Source: Balamuthia mandrillaris
Lineage: Eukaryota
DNA: 64,000 nucleotides
NCBI GenBank assembly: GCA_031835245.2
Contig: JAVKOQ020000039.1
Span: forward strand, 62,001-126,000
Reading direction: 5' to 3'
The notes under the pieces are model-generated. The model did not search any database and was not told the DNA's origin. It saw only the letters and a program-made list of their open reading frames with translations. Shown here piece after piece: positions 62,387 to 64,000 of this stretch (position 1 is the stretch's first letter; each line of letters opens with the position of its first letter). The translations under genes were made by a program, and so were the position numbers.

Positions 62387-64000
62387 ATGCCACGAAAGAA
62401 ACGAGGAGGAGGTGCAAGTCGTAGTGGCAAAGGTGGGAGCGCAGCAAGAGGAGGTAGCAACGTAAGCAAAGCAGCCGATGCCTCTTCTTCTACCTCCTCG
62501 CAAGGGACTCGCCTTGGTCCAAGAAGAGGAGGAGGTCCCCCACGAAGAGCTGGCGATCCTCGAGGCAGGTAACTATTCGCTCGCTCTCCTTTTTTTCTTC
62601 TTCTGCTGCTGCTTGATTGATGTGGGCACCCACTCTTGTGTCTCTTTCTTTCTTTTCAAAACCAAAGTGCAGCAATTGCATTTGGGTGCGGCTATCACCA
62701 GGTGAACCCGTTTGACAGAGGGGACCCTTATAATCCGGGCAACACCCTTGTTGGCTTTATTTGTAGGAAGGAAGGGCCGTTTGTTGGTTCACTGTACATC
62801 ACTCAAGGTTTGCTTGATTGCTTTTTTTTGTTTCTCTTCTGCTTCTTCATTCCTTTCTTCTCTCTGCTTTCTTTCATCTTCTTTCTTCTCTCTTCTTCTC
62901 TTGTTGATCTTCTTCTTTTTGTTCTTGTTGTTCTTCTTCCTCTTCTTGTTCTTGTTCTTCTTCTTCTTCTTCTTCTTCTTCTTCTTCTTCTTGTTCTGGT
63001 TCTTGTTCTGGTTCTTGTTCTTCTTGTTCTGGTTCTTGTTCTGGTTCTTCTTCTTCTTCTTCTTCTTCTTCTTCTTCTTCTTCTTCTTGCTCTTCTTCTT
63101 GTTCTTTTCCCTTGTTTTTTTCCTTCATTCGTCTTTCTTCTTTGAACTTATGCCTTCTTTGAAGTAAACTATGAAAAGTTGGACGAGCCTCAAGTCATTT
63201 ATGCCACACCAAAGTTGCTGTACCCTTATCGGAAAGAGGAGGACCATGTCTACAAGAACTTTGCGGTCAGTGTGGCGGCAAGCATGAGCCATTCTTACGA
63301 TGGCGAAGAGGAAGAAGAGGAAGAAAAGGAAAAAGAGAAAGATACAGATGAAGCAAATGGCCAGCCTTCATCCGTACTCACCTCTTTCTTCTTATCTAAC
63401 AAATGGAATGGGTAAATGGGTTATTCTATTTGTTCTTTTCCTCTTCTCCTCCTTCTCTCTCCTCTGCTTGTACTTCTTCCTCTTCTGCTTCTTCTTCTTC
63501 TTTTTCTTCTTTCTGCCTCTTCTTCTTCTTTGTCTTTTCGTTGCTCACCGATAAATGTTCAGCACGAATGTTCTTGTTTACAAATACACAGATAGAGAGG
63601 GTCAAGTTTACGTGAGCCTAAAATCCAAAGGATCGCCCTTCCTAACAAATGGCCACTATGGAAACTTTGAGGACCAAGTCAGAAAAGCTCCTGAATTAAA
63701 ACGACGACCTTCACAAAAGTCATTTAAACCAACCAGCAAAACCTTTCTGCCTTTTGATGATACGTTGCCAGAGTGCTTGCAACCTTTGTTGGATACTTCT
63801 GTACAGTCTATTTCTTTTGAACTCTGTGGTGACTTATGTACGTTCTCTCTCTCTCTCTCTTGTAGTTTTTCTTTGTTTGTTATCGCTTCTCTAAAACGCT
63901 CAACAACAGTGCCTCACCTGGTGAAATACAATTTTGCTATTGCGATGAAACCGTTGTTTGTAATCTACACGGATGGCTCCATATCGCCATATCAAGTGGC
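62387..64000 (+). CDS. ATP-dependent RNA ligase-like covalent nucleotidyltransferase, truncated by the window end
   Basis: Spliced translation: QVIYATPKLLYPY; motif I KWNGTNV split by intron 63412-63562; YVSLKSK; motif III-like SISFELCG; PHLVKY..KPLF. Basic Arg/Gly-rich N-terminus. Confidence 0.55.

Noticed and set aside
1..64000. CRISPR arrays, transposases, complete rRNA or tRNA genes
   Set aside because: None seen. Repeats are simple microsatellites, protein-level repeats or the duplicated snoRNA.

Overview
A gene-dense, intron-rich eukaryotic window with about 27 protein-coding loci. Introns are short GT-AG and often hold (CT)n/(TTC)n microsatellites. The style suggests a free-living amoeba (Amoebozoa, possibly Balamuthia-like), but this is inference only. 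Most of the six-frame ORF track is intron read-through or antisense shadow, so gene models were spliced by eye and internal exon boundaries are approximate. Recognisable genes: DHHC palmitoyltransferase, prenylcysteine oxidase, an SLC25 carrier, ChaC, PSMD5, MFSD5, a 3-repeat Myb, KNL1/Spc105, a KDM4-like JmjN/JmjC-PHD, a tesmin/LIN54-like CXC protein, ITPK1, TMEM69, a SET protein, an F-box/ankyrin protein, NAPRT, SPCS2, a DadA-like oxidoreductase, an HExxH protease and a GNAT. Highlights: (1) two lipid-anchored F-box fusions to degenerate small GTPases, one Ras-type with CaaX and one Arf-type with a myristoylation-type N-terminus; (2) an identical 63-nt box C/D snoRNA in introns of two unrelated genes 44 kb apart, with a guide matching the SSU rRNA site equivalent to yeast Gm1572; (3) a mitochondrial PEPCK-fold pseudoenzyme; (4) KNL1 with nine Aurora-site+MELT repeats and tandem E2F sites upstream; (5) a divergent UBL3/MUB-like CaaX protein; (6) a disrupted LPMO-like gene; (7) a truncated RNA-ligase-like gene at the window end; (8) several bacterial-like genes.
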